64,000 nt of DNA from a virus, in the IMG/VR virus record IMGVR_UViG_3300010883_000003, positions 52,689-116,688 of that record; one strand, 5' to 3'. This document shows, in pieces, positions 10,767-21,365 of this stretch (the stretch's first letter is position 1; each line of letters begins with the position of its first letter). Made by a program: the position numbers and the translations under genes. The notes under the pieces were generated by a model. That model was not told the origin of the DNA and made no database searches. It saw only the letters and a list, made by a program, of their open reading frames with translations.

Positions 10767-11316
10767 AGATAAGTTAAGAGTTTATATACGTAAGATGTTA
10801 GCTGAGGGACCAGATGTACCTGCGACAGATGATAAAGAAAAGAAACCACCCTCAAAACGCAAAAAGAAAAAAGCTGATACTGCACCAGGCGAAATTGGTG
10901 TCACTGCCGGTAGAGGTAGCTGGAGTAAGTCTGTAAAGGAAGCCGGCGCTCTTGCTGAAGAGGCTCCTGATGAACTTATGAGTAATCTTGGTATTAAAAA
11001 TGCTGCATCCGGATTTGCTGGAATTTCAAAACTGCTAAATCAAGCATTTAAAGAATCTGATGTTATGAAGCGCTCATACGGAGGAATTTCTAACGTAACA
11101 CAAGGAAAAAGCAAGGGAATTATGATCTCTATGGGCGAGCTAGACAGCCGTAATGGTGCAAAATATCTTCACCACACGCTGATCGGCGCCCAGAACGCTG
11201 GAAAGCTATCTCTTGACGTGCCTGTGCAGATCCAGCGAATTGACACCGGTACGGTAGTTATTCACTCTTCACCTATGAAAAATTCATGGGTTGTAAAAGA
11301 TAAAAAGCAAGAATAA
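10759..11316 (+). CDS. Hypothetical protein with N-terminal LRxxIRxxLxE motif (putative virion cargo)
   Basis: MNEDKLRVYIRKMLAE. Confidence 0.6.
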   Translation: MNEDKLRVYIRKMLAEGPDVPATDDKEKKPPSKRKKKKADTAPGEIGVTAGRGSWSKSVKEAGALAEEAPDELMSNLGIKNAASGFAGISKLLNQAFKESDVMKRSYGGISNVTQGKSKGIMISMGELDSRNGAKYLHHTLIGAQNAGKLSLDVPVQIQRIDTGTVVIHSSPMKNSWVVKDKKQE

Positions 11317-11319
11317 GTT

Positions 11320-11348
11320 ATGTAAAACTTAGGGTGTACCTTTATACT
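11320..11348 (+). promoter_or_regulatory. Sigma70-type promoter
   Basis: ATGTAA-17 bp-TATACT upstream of the exonuclease gene. Confidence 0.5.
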
Positions 11349-11378
11349 TCTATAGTACTTTGATTAACTGAGGAAAAT

Positions 11379-12218
11379 ATGAAGCATCTTGAACATAATG
11401 GAAAAGTAACACTTACCAAACTGGTACAGTTAGGATCACCAGACCGTGAACCAGCTAAAGGAGACGTTCCCGCCATAGTGCTTGACGTCGAAACAACTGG
11501 TTTAAATAGCGATAGGGATGAAGTAATCCAGATTGCAATGAGACCTTTCTTTGTCTCCCCAACAACCGGTGAAATCTCTGGTGTTAAAAAGAGTATCGAA
11601 TACTTTCAGGAACCATCGAAACCACTTGACCCTATTATCACACAGATAACTGGTTTTGTTGATAGCGATCTAAAGGGTAAATCAATCCCATGGGATAAGG
11701 TCGCCGCAATATTATCTAAGTGCCAATTTGTGATTTGTCATAATGCTTCTTTCGATAGACAATGGGTTGACAAAGCTATCGCCAACAGCGGTCATACAGT
11801 GCCTTCAGATGTTGTCTGGTGTTGTTCAATGAGTCAAGTTGATTGGTCTAATGTCTGTCGTGCTTCGAAGGCTCTAGAGGTCCTCTGCGCATGGCACGGA
11901 TTTTACTATGATTCGCACAATGCCATCGCAGACGTTGATGCAACCTTACATCTTCTTAGAAAAGAAGACTATATGAAGACGATGCTTGGTAACGCTATCG
12001 AATCAGATTATCATGTTTTCGCCGCCGGTTCGCTTCGGGAAGAAAACCCCCTGCTTAAGCAGCGTCGTTATAGATGGAATCCTGATCTTGTTGTCTGGTG
12101 GAAATCTGTTAACAATATTAGTGAGGCAGAGATTGAATCTGCATGGCTATCTGAGAACTTACAAAAATGTGAACCTCAATATTTTGAGATCGAGGCTCAT
12201 CATAGATTTACTCCATAG
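11379..12218 (+). CDS. DEDDh 3'-5' exonuclease (DNA Pol III epsilon-like)
   Basis: VLDVETTGL, CHNASFDR, HNAIADVDAT. Confidence 0.9.
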   Translation: MKHLEHNGKVTLTKLVQLGSPDREPAKGDVPAIVLDVETTGLNSDRDEVIQIAMRPFFVSPTTGEISGVKKSIEYFQEPSKPLDPIITQITGFVDSDLKGKSIPWDKVAAILSKCQFVICHNASFDRQWVDKAIANSGHTVPSDVVWCCSMSQVDWSNVCRASKALEVLCAWHGFYYDSHNAIADVDATLHLLRKEDYMKTMLGNAIESDYHVFAAGSLREENPLLKQRRYRWNPDLVVWWKSVNNISEAEIESAWLSENLQKCEPQYFEIEAHHRFTP

Positions 12219-12226
12219 TTATATAC

Positions 12227-12445
12227 ATGCAAAATCTTAGAGAAATCATTAGACGTATACTTCTAGAGGAAGAGATCCTGACTGAGCCAGATGAAACTAA
12301 CCAAGAGCAACATGATCAAGAAGAGCAAAGCGTTGCCGGTATTGCCGGCGCCACTACACCTCTTGGTACCGGCCCAACTTATCCCGATAAGCTTAAGAAA
12401 AAGCATAAAAAAAGACAAAAAACAAATAAAAATTTGAAAAAATAA
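12227..12445 (+). CDS. Small hypothetical protein with LRxxIRxxLxE motif
   Basis: MQNLREIIRRILLEE; ATAGTTA 5 nt upstream of the ATG. Confidence 0.6.
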   Translation: MQNLREIIRRILLEEEILTEPDETNQEQHDQEEQSVAGIAGATTPLGTGPTYPDKLKKKHKKRQKTNKNLKK

Positions 12446-12462
12446 CAAGTTGTTATTATACT
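12434..12462 (+). promoter_or_regulatory. Sigma70-type promoter with palindromic spacer
   Basis: TTGAAA-17 bp-TATACT; AATAACAA-G-TTGTTATT perfect inverted repeat at 12441-12457. Confidence 0.75.
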
Positions 12463-12520
12463 AAGAATGTCCTTGAGGACAAACAGTTGAATATTGCATA
12501 TTAAACATTTGGAGGTTAAC

Positions 12521-13321
12521 ATGGCAATTGATTTTGATGCGCTTCGTAAGAAGCTCGGCCAACTTTCTGGCACTAATTCCCGGCGAAACACGATGTGGCG
12601 CCCCACCGAAGGTGAAGAAGCTGTAGTTCGTCTACTAGCATTCGCCGATAATGAAGACGGTCTTCCGTTCGCTGAACGATGGTTTTATTATAATATCGGT
12701 ACAAATCCAGGACTTCTAGCGCCCTATCAGTTTGGTAATCCTGATCCGATTCAAGAATTGATCACAAAGCTGCGCGATGAAGGTACTAAAGAGTCATACG
12801 ATTTGGCTAAAAAGCTATATCCTAAGGCTCGCTACTACGCTCCTGTTGTAGTTCGAGGTGAAGAAGAGAAGGGTGTCCGCATTTGGTCTTTTGGTAAGAC
12901 AGTCTATCAGTCTCTTTTAAACATTATGCTTGATGAAGACTATGGCGATATCACAGACCCAGTTGACGGTCGTGATATCAAAGTCGTCTGCTCGAAAGCC
13001 CCGGGTCGACAATGGGCCACAACAGAAGTTCGCCCTCGAGGCAAGACATGTGCACTTGGTGAAACCACTAAGCAGATGAAAGACTGGACCGATGCGATTC
13101 CTGCAATTGGAGATATGTACGAAGAAAAGTCAGTCGATGTCTTAACAAAGATCGTAAATGACTGGCTTAACGGCGATGACGAAGCATCTGGCAATTCTTA
13201 TGGAACTTCTAGAAATGACGCTCCCACAAAGACACCGTCTGCTTCTACATCTAAGCCCTCTGTTGACTCTAAGTTTAAGAGTCTAGATGACGCGTTCGCC
13301 GATCTTGAAGATGATTTTTAA
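12521..13321 (+). CDS. Single-stranded DNA-binding protein, T4 gp32-like
   Basis: VVRLL...PF, GVRIWSFGKTVY, DITDPVDGRDIKV, acidic C-terminus LDDAFADLEDDF; GGAGG RBS before the ATG. Confidence 0.85.
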   Translation: MAIDFDALRKKLGQLSGTNSRRNTMWRPTEGEEAVVRLLAFADNEDGLPFAERWFYYNIGTNPGLLAPYQFGNPDPIQELITKLRDEGTKESYDLAKKLYPKARYYAPVVVRGEEEKGVRIWSFGKTVYQSLLNIMLDEDYGDITDPVDGRDIKVVCSKAPGRQWATTEVRPRGKTCALGETTKQMKDWTDAIPAIGDMYEEKSVDVLTKIVNDWLNGDDEASGNSYGTSRNDAPTKTPSASTSKPSVDSKFKSLDDAFADLEDDF

Positions 13322-13345
13322 GTCATAACATAGCTGCATTATACG

Positions 13346-13380
13346 ACAAGGGGAAGAAGCAATTCTTCCCCTTGTTTTTT
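13346..13380 (+). terminator. Rho-independent terminator
   Basis: ACAAGGGGAAGAA-GCAA-TTCTTCCCCTTGT followed by a T run. Confidence 0.9.
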
Positions 13381-13437
13381 ATGAACATGTCTCAATTAAT
13401 CCTTATAGTAGTATAGACTTCATGGAGCTAAAAGAAT

Positions 13438-14640
13438 ATGCCGAGAAAAAAAATCAAAACTAATCCTGTTAACGATGAATTTACTTCTGATCTGATTAAG
13501 TCGCTAAACAAGGAGCACGGATCCAGGGTAGCTTACAATCTTTCGACAGACGAATCACCGACCCATGTTAATCGATGGATCAGTACTGGCTCAAAGCAGC
13601 TAGATTATATTATAGCAAACCGTCCGAATGGTGGCCTTCCAGAAGGTCGTATCATCGAGATCTTCGGACCTCCGTCTATTGGAAAATCTCATATCGCAAT
13701 TCAGATTGCTAGATCAACCCAAGAGCTAGGCGGAATCTGTGTATATATTGATACAGAGAACGCAACATCGGTAGAAAATCTTGGTTTGCTTGGCGTAGAT
13801 ATTAATAAGCGGTTTGTATATGTCGACACTCACTGTACGGAAGAAGTTCTATCCATCGCAGAGTCGACTATATTAAAGGCAAAGGCAATGGACAAAGATG
13901 TACCAGTTACAATTATTTGGGACTCGGTAGCAGCATCTTCTCCTAAGGCGGAGCTTGATGGGACGTATGAACAAAACTCCATTGGTCTTCAAGCCAGAGC
14001 TATATCAAAAGGCATGCGAAAAATAACAGGAGTTATTGCGAATCAAAACGTGTTGTTTATCTGCTTGAATCAGATCAGAACTAAGATCGGAGTTATGTAC
14101 GGTGATCCCACTACAACCCCTGGTGGGAAAGCCATTCCATTCCATTCGTCAGTTCGTATTAAGCTTGGCGCTGGACAACATATAACAAATAAAGCAAAAG
14201 AAGTTATTGGTATCCACGTTAGGGCGAAAACGATCAAAAATAAAGTCGCACCTCCGTTTCGAGAAGTTAACTTCGAGATACATTTCGGTAAAGGTATCGT
14301 GGAGCACGAACAAGTATTTGACGAATTACGTAAGCACGGATCTGCCGTTCTGGGTGGCAAGGAAATAACGGTATCTGGTACTAGTTCATGGAAAAATTTA
14401 ATTGTCGCTAACGCTAAAACTGGTGAAGTAGAAGTTGAGAAGAAGTTCTATAAAGCAGACTTTGGTGAAGTGTGGAAAGATCCAGAGTACAAAGACTACA
14501 TTGACGCATTGTTATCTGACTGTATGCTAAGAAAGCTGTCGAATGATAATGAAGCTGTACTCGATACTGAATCTTATGAAGAAGTAAGAGCGGTTGCAAT
14601 TGACCTAAACCTAGAGGGGATTGAAGATCTAGATGTCTAG
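13438..14640 (+). CDS. recA: RecA/UvsX recombinase
   Basis: ISTGSKQLD, GGLPEGRIIEIFGPPSIGKS, YIDTE, IWDSVAA, LNQIR, TTPGGKAIPF, KNKVAPPFR. Confidence 0.95.
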   Translation: MPRKKIKTNPVNDEFTSDLIKSLNKEHGSRVAYNLSTDESPTHVNRWISTGSKQLDYIIANRPNGGLPEGRIIEIFGPPSIGKSHIAIQIARSTQELGGICVYIDTENATSVENLGLLGVDINKRFVYVDTHCTEEVLSIAESTILKAKAMDKDVPVTIIWDSVAASSPKAELDGTYEQNSIGLQARAISKGMRKITGVIANQNVLFICLNQIRTKIGVMYGDPTTTPGGKAIPFHSSVRIKLGAGQHITNKAKEVIGIHVRAKTIKNKVAPPFREVNFEIHFGKGIVEHEQVFDELRKHGSAVLGGKEITVSGTSSWKNLIVANAKTGEVEVEKKFYKADFGEVWKDPEYKDYIDALLSDCMLRKLSNDNEAVLDTESYEEVRAVAIDLNLEGIEDLDV

Positions 14641-15589
14641 TAGCGTACGACCCACGCTAATAATAGATGGCTTAAATGTCTTCTATAGGCATTGGGTCGC
14701 GAATCCAACAATGGACGCAAACGGCGAGCATGTCGGAGGTATAGTAGGGTTCTTAAAAAATCTACAATTGCTGTGCGAAAGGTATACTCCAGAAGACATG
14801 ATTGTTGTTTGGGAAGGCGGAGGATCCACACGCAGAAGGTCTATAGATTCGAATTATAAGAATGGTCGTAAACCAGCAAAGTTAAATCGCTTTTATGATG
14901 AAATACCTGATACTGTCCAGAACAGAAATTCGCAAGTTTCCCAACTTGTTTCTCTCTTAAGGAAAGCCGGCGTAAAGCAATTGTACGTTCCTGATTGTGA
15001 AGCAGACGATGTCATAGCGTATATAGTTTCATCACGCTTTCGTAAGAAAGAAAAAAAATGTGTTATCGTATCTACGGATAAAGATTTCTATCAGTTAGTT
15101 AGTGAGCAAGTTAACGTGTGGTCTCCAGGAAGTAAAAAGCAGTGGGACATTTCTTCTATAGTAAATACGTTTAGCATACATCCCGAAAACTTTTGTCTTG
15201 CAAGATGCTTTATTGGTGATCCTTCTGACGGTCTAAAGGGTGCCCCCGGCGTTGGCTTTAAGAGTCTAGCTAAAAGATTTCCAAATTTGTCTAAACGTGA
15301 TAGTCTAACAATCAGCGACATAGTTACAGAATGTAGAAAACTTCAAGAACAAAGCAAGCTTAAGCTTTATGATAGCATTATCAATCATGAAGATGAAATA
15401 CGAAAAAATTGGAAGCTTATGTATCTAGGGTTTGGAAAACTGTCTGCATCACAAGTTGATAAAATTAGTTTTGCATTCGAGCAAACTCCTACAAGAGATA
15501 AGCTAGGCTTTATAAGAAGTCTTATGAATCTACAGATAACAAACGTTGATTATGATAAGCTTTTTATGAATCTCAAAATCTTAAGATAG
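14633..15589 (+). CDS. 5'-3' exonuclease / RNase H (T4 rnh, FEN family)
   Basis: IIDGLN, NYKNGR, EADDVIA, STDKDFYQL, GDPSDGLKGAPGVG. Confidence 0.9.
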   Translation: MSSSVRPTLIIDGLNVFYRHWVANPTMDANGEHVGGIVGFLKNLQLLCERYTPEDMIVVWEGGGSTRRRSIDSNYKNGRKPAKLNRFYDEIPDTVQNRNSQVSQLVSLLRKAGVKQLYVPDCEADDVIAYIVSSRFRKKEKKCVIVSTDKDFYQLVSEQVNVWSPGSKKQWDISSIVNTFSIHPENFCLARCFIGDPSDGLKGAPGVGFKSLAKRFPNLSKRDSLTISDIVTECRKLQEQSKLKLYDSIINHEDEIRKNWKLMYLGFGKLSASQVDKISFAFEQTPTRDKLGFIRSLMNLQITNVDYDKLFMNLKILR

Positions 15590-15604
15590 AACAAAGGAAA
15601 AAAC

Positions 15605-17014
15605 ATGACATCTGCTGTTGCAAAAACAGAAATATTGACAGACCTCGCCGCAGGCCAATTTTCTCAGTATAACAAACCATTCCAGGAAAAAATCTTCCAA
15701 GGCTTGTTAACTGATCTAAAGTGGTCTGCTCAGATGGTTGAAGTTATGAGACCTGACTTCTTTGAGCTTCGTTATCTTGAATATCTCTGTGATAAGTACT
15801 TTAACTACTTCAAGCAGTACCGCTGTTTTCCAACACAGTCATTATTGATCAGCATTATCAAAGATTCACTTAGTGAAGACGGTGACGTATTACTTAGAGA
15901 TCAAATCGTGTCGTATCTAATCCGTATGCGCGAAAACCCTAATCCGGGAGATATCGCTTATGTCAAGGAGAAATCTTTAGACTTCTGTAAGAGACAGGCA
16001 TTTAAAGAAGCCCTAGAGCAATCTGTCGAGTTGATCGGTTCTGATAATTTTGAGTCTGTCATTACACTGATGAAGTCTGCGATATCAATTGGCATGCCGA
16101 ATACAGTTGGTCATGACTTTTTTGAAGATCTAGAGGCGAGATTTCAAAAGATTGACAGGTGTGTATGTCCAACCGGTATACCCGAGCTAGATGCAAAAGA
16201 TATTTTAGCTGGTGGTCTAGGTAGAGGAGAAATCGGTGTCATCACCGCGAACACTGGTGTCGGCAAATCTCACTTCTTGGTGCAAATGGGTGCCAATGCC
16301 ATGAAGGCTGGTAAGAATGTCCTTCATTACACCTTCGAATTGACAGAGCAAGCAGTTGGTATTCGTTACGACTCTAACTTATGTGGTATATCTTCTTCTG
16401 ACGTTGTTGATAATAAAGATAGAGTAATCGATTTCTATGAAAAGTCTGAAGACTTAGGTCGGTTGATAATTAAGGAATACCCAACTGGCGCTGCTACCGT
16501 GAACACAATTCGGAATCACATTGAGAAGCTAGCACTGAGAAATTTTAAACCGTCAGTTATCTTAATCGACTATGCGGATATCATGAGGTCTTCAAGACAG
16601 TATGATTCTCTTCGTCATGAGCTGAAGTTAATCTACGAGGAACTTCGTAATCTTGCCATGGAATTAAGGGTACCTGTTTGGACAGCTAGTCAAGCAAACC
16701 GGGACTCTGCGAATTCCGATATTGTTGGCCTTGAGAACATGGCTGAGGCATACGGGAAAGCGATGGTGGCTGATTTAGTGGTATCAATATCTAGAAAACC
16801 TTCTGAGAAAGCCACCGGCGCAGGAAGACTTTTTATCGCAAAAAACCGAGCCGGCAAAGACGGCATACTTTTTCCTATACACATTGACACAGCACGCTCT
16901 AGTATTAGAGTAGTAGATAGCGAATCATCAACGCTAGCGCAAGCTCAAAAAGACGAAAAGGTCGAGGCTCGTGAGCTGATAAAGAAAAGATGGAAAGAAA
17001 TTAATAAGATCTAA
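15605..17014 (+). CDS. Replicative DnaB-like helicase (T4 gp41 type)
   Basis: Walker A ANTGVGKS, YTFE, IKEYPT, IDYADIM, WTASQANR, KNRAG. Confidence 0.92.
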   Translation: MTSAVAKTEILTDLAAGQFSQYNKPFQEKIFQGLLTDLKWSAQMVEVMRPDFFELRYLEYLCDKYFNYFKQYRCFPTQSLLISIIKDSLSEDGDVLLRDQIVSYLIRMRENPNPGDIAYVKEKSLDFCKRQAFKEALEQSVELIGSDNFESVITLMKSAISIGMPNTVGHDFFEDLEARFQKIDRCVCPTGIPELDAKDILAGGLGRGEIGVITANTGVGKSHFLVQMGANAMKAGKNVLHYTFELTEQAVGIRYDSNLCGISSSDVVDNKDRVIDFYEKSEDLGRLIIKEYPTGAATVNTIRNHIEKLALRNFKPSVILIDYADIMRSSRQYDSLRHELKLIYEELRNLAMELRVPVWTASQANRDSANSDIVGLENMAEAYGKAMVADLVVSISRKPSEKATGAGRLFIAKNRAGKDGILFPIHIDTARSSIRVVDSESSTLAQAQKDEKVEARELIKKRWKEINKI

Positions 17015-17028
17015 TAGGAGCAAGATAG

Positions 17029-19539
17029 GTGTCAAAAACATACACATACCAAGAGGCTTATGACAAATGCCTGGAATACTTTAATGGCGATGAGTTAGCT
17101 GCAAATGTTATCGTAACGAAGTATTTATTAACAGATAATGATGGAAGTTTTTTAGAGCTTTCACCAGATGATATGCATCAAAGAATCGCTTCCGAACTTT
17201 CAAGGATTGAGTCTAATTATTCTAATCCTATGACAGAGGAAGAGATCTACAATTTGTTAAAAGACTTCAGGTATGTAGTTCCTCAAGGGTCACCAATGTC
17301 TGGTATCGGAAATAATACTAGACTTCAGTCACTATCAAACTGTTTTGTTCTTCCCTCTCCAGAAGACAGCTACGGAGGAATTCTTAAAACTGATCAAGAG
17401 TTAGTACAGATCGCGAAGCGTCGCGGTGGTGTTGGTTTTGATCTTAGTACCATACGTCCAAAAGGTTTGTTAACGGCCAACGCAGCTCGAACTACAGATG
17501 GTATAGAAGTGTTCATGGACAGGTTTAGCAATTCATGCCGTGAGGTCGCCCAAGGAGGCCGCCGCGGCGCATTGATGTTAACAATATCCGTTCATCATCC
17601 ACAAATTCGTGACTTTATAAAAATCAAGCAAAATTTGTCACGAGTTACCGGTGCCAATATCTCTATTCGCATTTCTGATGAGTTTATGCATGCCGTAGAG
17701 TCTTCTGGACAAGTTGAACTTCGCTGGCCAGTCGATTCACCTTCTCCTAAAATATCTCTAATGGATAGTGCTACAGAAATTTGGGATGAGATTGTCGAGG
17801 GCGCCCACGCTGCTGCAGAGCCAGGTGTATTGTTTTGGGACACTGCAAAAAAAATGACGCCGTCTGATGCGTACGATGATGTAGGATTCGGTTCAGTCAG
17901 TACCAACCCTTGCGGAGAGATCATATTATCTCCATATGACTCCTGCCGGTTGATGTTAATGAATTTAACGTCTTTCGTTGAAGAACCATGGACAGATTCA
18001 GCAAAGTTTGATTATGGCGAGTTTGGTAAAAAAGTCCGACAAGCGCAGCGCCTGATGGATGATATGATTGATCTTGAGATCGAGCAAATAGATAAGATAT
18101 TAGAAAAAATTGATAATGATCCTGAGTCCGATGAAGTAAAATATCACGAAAGAGAATTGTGGTGGAATGTTAGACAAGCAGCCCTTAACGGTCGCAGGAC
18201 AGGTTTGGGGATAACAGGATTAGGCGATATGCTGGCGATGCTAAGCATCACATACGGCTCTGATAGCGCCATTTCGACTACAGAAGAAGTATATAAGTGG
18301 CTAGCCGTAAATTCCTATGAGTCATCGATCGTGCTCGCTAAAGAGCGCGGCGCGTTCCCCATATGGGACTATAAGAAAGAGTCTGATCACCCATTTATAT
18401 CTAATATAATAAGCGAGCTGCTACCTCACCGTGTAAAAGATTATAAGGAGTACGGCCGCCGAAATATTGCTAATACAACGACTGCGCCTGCGGGCTCTGT
18501 ATCTGTTCTGACACAAACTACATCTGGTATAGAGCCAGCGTTCATGCTACATTACACTCGTCGCAAAAAGTTAACAGGTCAAGATGAGAGTGCAAGAGTT
18601 GACTTTACGGACGCTAGCGGAGATAAGTGGCAAGAATATACTGTCTATCACCACGGCTTTAAGCAGTGGTTAGATAATTGGGATGATGAAGCTACGGGTG
18701 ATCTGGATAATGCAATTGCCCATAGTCCTTATCATGGCGCGACAGCTAATGAGATAAACTGGGTGAATAAAGTTGGAATGCAGGCAGCTGCCCAAAGATG
18801 GGTATGCCATGCAATATCAAACACAACAAATCTTCCATCAGATATTGGTGTTGATACTGTAAAAAATGTATATATGAAAGCGTGGACGCTTGGGTGCAAA
18901 GGTGTAACTGTTTACAGGGACGGTTCTAGAACCGGAGTTTTAGTTTCGTCAACAGAAGAAAAGAAAAATAGCAGGGACTCCACCGAAATAAGTACCAATG
19001 TAGCCCCTAAGAGACCTGATGAGCTGTCATGTGATATTCATCAAGCAAATATTAAGGGTGAGGCCTGGACGATACTTGTGGGCCTTCTAGAAGGTAGACC
19101 CTATGAGGTAATAGGCGGATTATCTGAGTATGTAGAGATCCCAAGAAGATACCAGGCTGGAATGATCAGGAAAAGAACAAGAAAATCTGTTCTTTCAAAA
19201 TATGATCTAGTCGTTGGTACTAACGGTGACGAGTTCGTAATAAAAGATGTTGTGAAAGTTTTTGATAATCCAAACTACTCTGCATTTACTAGAACTATAT
19301 CTCTCGCGCTACGGCACGGAGTACCTGTACAATACATGGTTGAGCAGTTACAGAAAGATAAGGACGCCGACCTGTTTAGCTTTTCGAAAGTAATTGCTAG
19401 ATGTTTAAAGAAGTATATCACTGACGGAACAAAAGTCAGCAATGGTGTATTTGATCTTGGCTGTTGTGACAGCCCAAATGTAGTATATCAAGAAGGTTGT
19501 GCTACATGTATAAATTGTGGCATAGCAAAATGTGGATAG
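17029..19539 (+). CDS. nrdJ: Class II (adenosylcobalamin-dependent) ribonucleotide reductase
   Basis: LSNCFV, QGGRRGALM, TNPCGEI, TTAPAGSVS, TSGIEP, KGVTVYRDGSR, C-terminal Cys cluster; no adjacent nrdB. Confidence 0.9.
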   Translation: MSKTYTYQEAYDKCLEYFNGDELAANVIVTKYLLTDNDGSFLELSPDDMHQRIASELSRIESNYSNPMTEEEIYNLLKDFRYVVPQGSPMSGIGNNTRLQSLSNCFVLPSPEDSYGGILKTDQELVQIAKRRGGVGFDLSTIRPKGLLTANAARTTDGIEVFMDRFSNSCREVAQGGRRGALMLTISVHHPQIRDFIKIKQNLSRVTGANISIRISDEFMHAVESSGQVELRWPVDSPSPKISLMDSATEIWDEIVEGAHAAAEPGVLFWDTAKKMTPSDAYDDVGFGSVSTNPCGEIILSPYDSCRLMLMNLTSFVEEPWTDSAKFDYGEFGKKVRQAQRLMDDMIDLEIEQIDKILEKIDNDPESDEVKYHERELWWNVRQAALNGRRTGLGITGLGDMLAMLSITYGSDSAISTTEEVYKWLAVNSYESSIVLAKERGAFPIWDYKKESDHPFISNIISELLPHRVKDYKEYGRRNIANTTTAPAGSVSVLTQTTSGIEPAFMLHYTRRKKLTGQDESARVDFTDASGDKWQEYTVYHHGFKQWLDNWDDEATGDLDNAIAHSPYHGATANEINWVNKVGMQAAAQRWVCHAISNTTNLPSDIGVDTVKNVYMKAWTLGCKGVTVYRDGSRTGVLVSSTEEKKNSRDSTEISTNVAPKRPDELSCDIHQANIKGEAWTILVGLLEGRPYEVIGGLSEYVEIPRRYQAGMIRKRTRKSVLSKYDLVVGTNGDEFVIKDVVKVFDNPNYSAFTRTISLALRHGVPVQYMVEQLQKDKDADLFSFSKVIARCLKKYITDGTKVSNGVFDLGCCDSPNVVYQEGCATCINCGIAKCG

Positions 19540-19591
19540 TAATAGTTGCCCAATAGGTAATTTTTTAAGTTTCAGTTTTTAGGAGTGTTTA

Positions 19592-20194
19592 ATGCGCTGG
19601 ACAACAAAGATCGATTCAAAGATCAAAGAAATAGAGTTAAGAAAACAACCTGTTATAATTCGGGTCAACAAGTTCGACGAAGAGTCTGCCAGCAAGTTCG
19701 CTATGGAAGTAGCGGCTGCTCATAATACAGGCCAGAAAGTCATACCTGTTGTAATCGATTCATACGGAGGTCAAGTTTATGGCTTGATGAGTATGATAAG
19801 TGCGATCAAGCACGCAGAGCTACCGGTTGCCACCATAGTGGAAGGAAAAGCAATGTCATGTGGCGCGATTCTTTTTTCATGTGGTACTGAGGGTTACAGG
19901 TTTATGGACCCTGATGCTACACTTATGATTCATGATGTTTCATCAATGGATATGGGTAAAGTAGAAGAATTAAAGGCTGGCGCAAAAGAAGCTGACAGGC
20001 TGAATGAAAAAGTCTATAAGATGATGGCCCAAAACTGCGGAAAGAAAGATGACTATTTTCTTAAGATCGTGGACAAAAAGAAGCATGCAGACTGGTTTCT
20101 GGACGCGAATGAAACAAAGAAGCACGGACTAGCAAACCACTTACGAGTTCCAAAGCTTCATATTGATGTTACTGTAAACATAGATTTTGAGTAG
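19592..20194 (+). CDS. clpP: ClpP-like serine protease
   Basis: IDSYGG, GKAMSCGA (catalytic Ser), LMIHD, DWFLDA. Confidence 0.85.
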   Translation: MRWTTKIDSKIKEIELRKQPVIIRVNKFDEESASKFAMEVAAAHNTGQKVIPVVIDSYGGQVYGLMSMISAIKHAELPVATIVEGKAMSCGAILFSCGTEGYRFMDPDATLMIHDVSSMDMGKVEELKAGAKEADRLNEKVYKMMAQNCGKKDDYFLKIVDKKKHADWFLDANETKKHGLANHLRVPKLHIDVTVNIDFE

Positions 20195-20197
20195 AGA

Positions 20198-20455
20198 GTG
20201 AGTATGGATAGCGCTAGCAGAAGGGTCCTTCTTGAAGTATTGGCAGATCTTGAACACCGTCAATGGGCTCACTGGACTAGATATATGCTCGATAACTATA
20301 CTCCGGAAAATGTCGAAAGGTGGCGAAAGCAAGTCCTGACTGAATATGAGGACTTGTCCGAAAGAGAGAAAGACAGTGACAGAACCTGGGCTTCTACGGT
20401 CTTATTTCATATAGACGAGTACGAACGAGAAAAAGAGAGAAAAAAAGATGGATAA
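20198..20455 (+). CDS. Hypothetical protein
   Basis: 85 aa ORF coupled to its neighbours. Confidence 0.65.
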   Translation: MSMDSASRRVLLEVLADLEHRQWAHWTRYMLDNYTPENVERWRKQVLTEYEDLSEREKDSDRTWASTVLFHIDEYEREKERKKDG

Positions 20456-21365
20456 AGTTTTTTATAATAAGAGTTCTGCTGACTCCCTAGGATGGGAGCC
20501 TTCTTGGTTCGGTGCTGTTGACCACGATGATGATCTAGTAAAAGCAATCAGAAAGTGGCAAAAGAAAAATGATCTAACCGCGGACGGTCTATGTGGTCCT
20601 TCAACATATAGAAGGATATGGACCGAACGAGAAGACGAGATATCTGATCATAAGCCAAGTTACCGCTCTTGCTCTGCTAGCGATAAGTTTATAGTTCATA
20701 ATGGCAAATTTCTTCCGATTGAGTGGGATGATGTCATACTATGGGATGATCCTAACGGGTTCGTTTGTAAAGATGGAACGTACACTAGCTACGCAGGCAA
20801 GCCTGATAGAAAGCCACACTTCTTTGTCAATCATTGGGATGTTTGTTTATCCACAGAGTCTATGTCTAGAGTAATCAATAACCGCGGAATATCAATTCAC
20901 TTCGGTATAGATAACGACGGAACGATATACCAACTATTAGATACGCAACACGCTGCATGGCAAGCTGGTGGTCGTAAATGGAATCATGATAGTATTGGTG
21001 TTGAGATAGCAAATGCCTTTTATCCGAAGTACCAAAGCTGGTATGTTAAGAACGGTTTTGGCGAGCGACCTTTGAATAAGAAGGGAGATGTCAAAGTCCA
21101 CGGCAGCAGCCTAAAAGAGCACTTAGGTTTTTATGACATCCAGCTTGAGGCGCTAAAGGCTCTTTGGTCTGCTATCCATAGTGGTATTGGTATTCCGCTT
21201 GAATGCCCAACAGACTCATCTGGAAAGCTAGTGCAGGGTGTTGATAAAGACTGCGCGGCTTCAAAATTCGAGGGTTTTATAAACCACTTTAATTTAACAA
21301 GAAAAAAAATTGATTGCGCCGGTCTAGATATAGCCGGTCTTTTAAAAGAATGTAAGGAAGACTAG
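20448..21365 (+). CDS. Endolysin: peptidoglycan-binding domain plus N-acetylmuramoyl-L-alanine amidase
   Basis: AIRKWQKKNDLTADGLCGPST (PG_binding_1); VNHWD, SIHFGIDNDGTIYQL, NHDSIGVEI, NHF...KIDC (Amidase_2). Confidence 0.85.
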   Translation: MDKVFYNKSSADSLGWEPSWFGAVDHDDDLVKAIRKWQKKNDLTADGLCGPSTYRRIWTEREDEISDHKPSYRSCSASDKFIVHNGKFLPIEWDDVILWDDPNGFVCKDGTYTSYAGKPDRKPHFFVNHWDVCLSTESMSRVINNRGISIHFGIDNDGTIYQLLDTQHAAWQAGGRKWNHDSIGVEIANAFYPKYQSWYVKNGFGERPLNKKGDVKVHGSSLKEHLGFYDIQLEALKALWSAIHSGIGIPLECPTDSSGKLVQGVDKDCAASKFEGFINHFNLTRKKIDCAGLDIAGLLKECKED

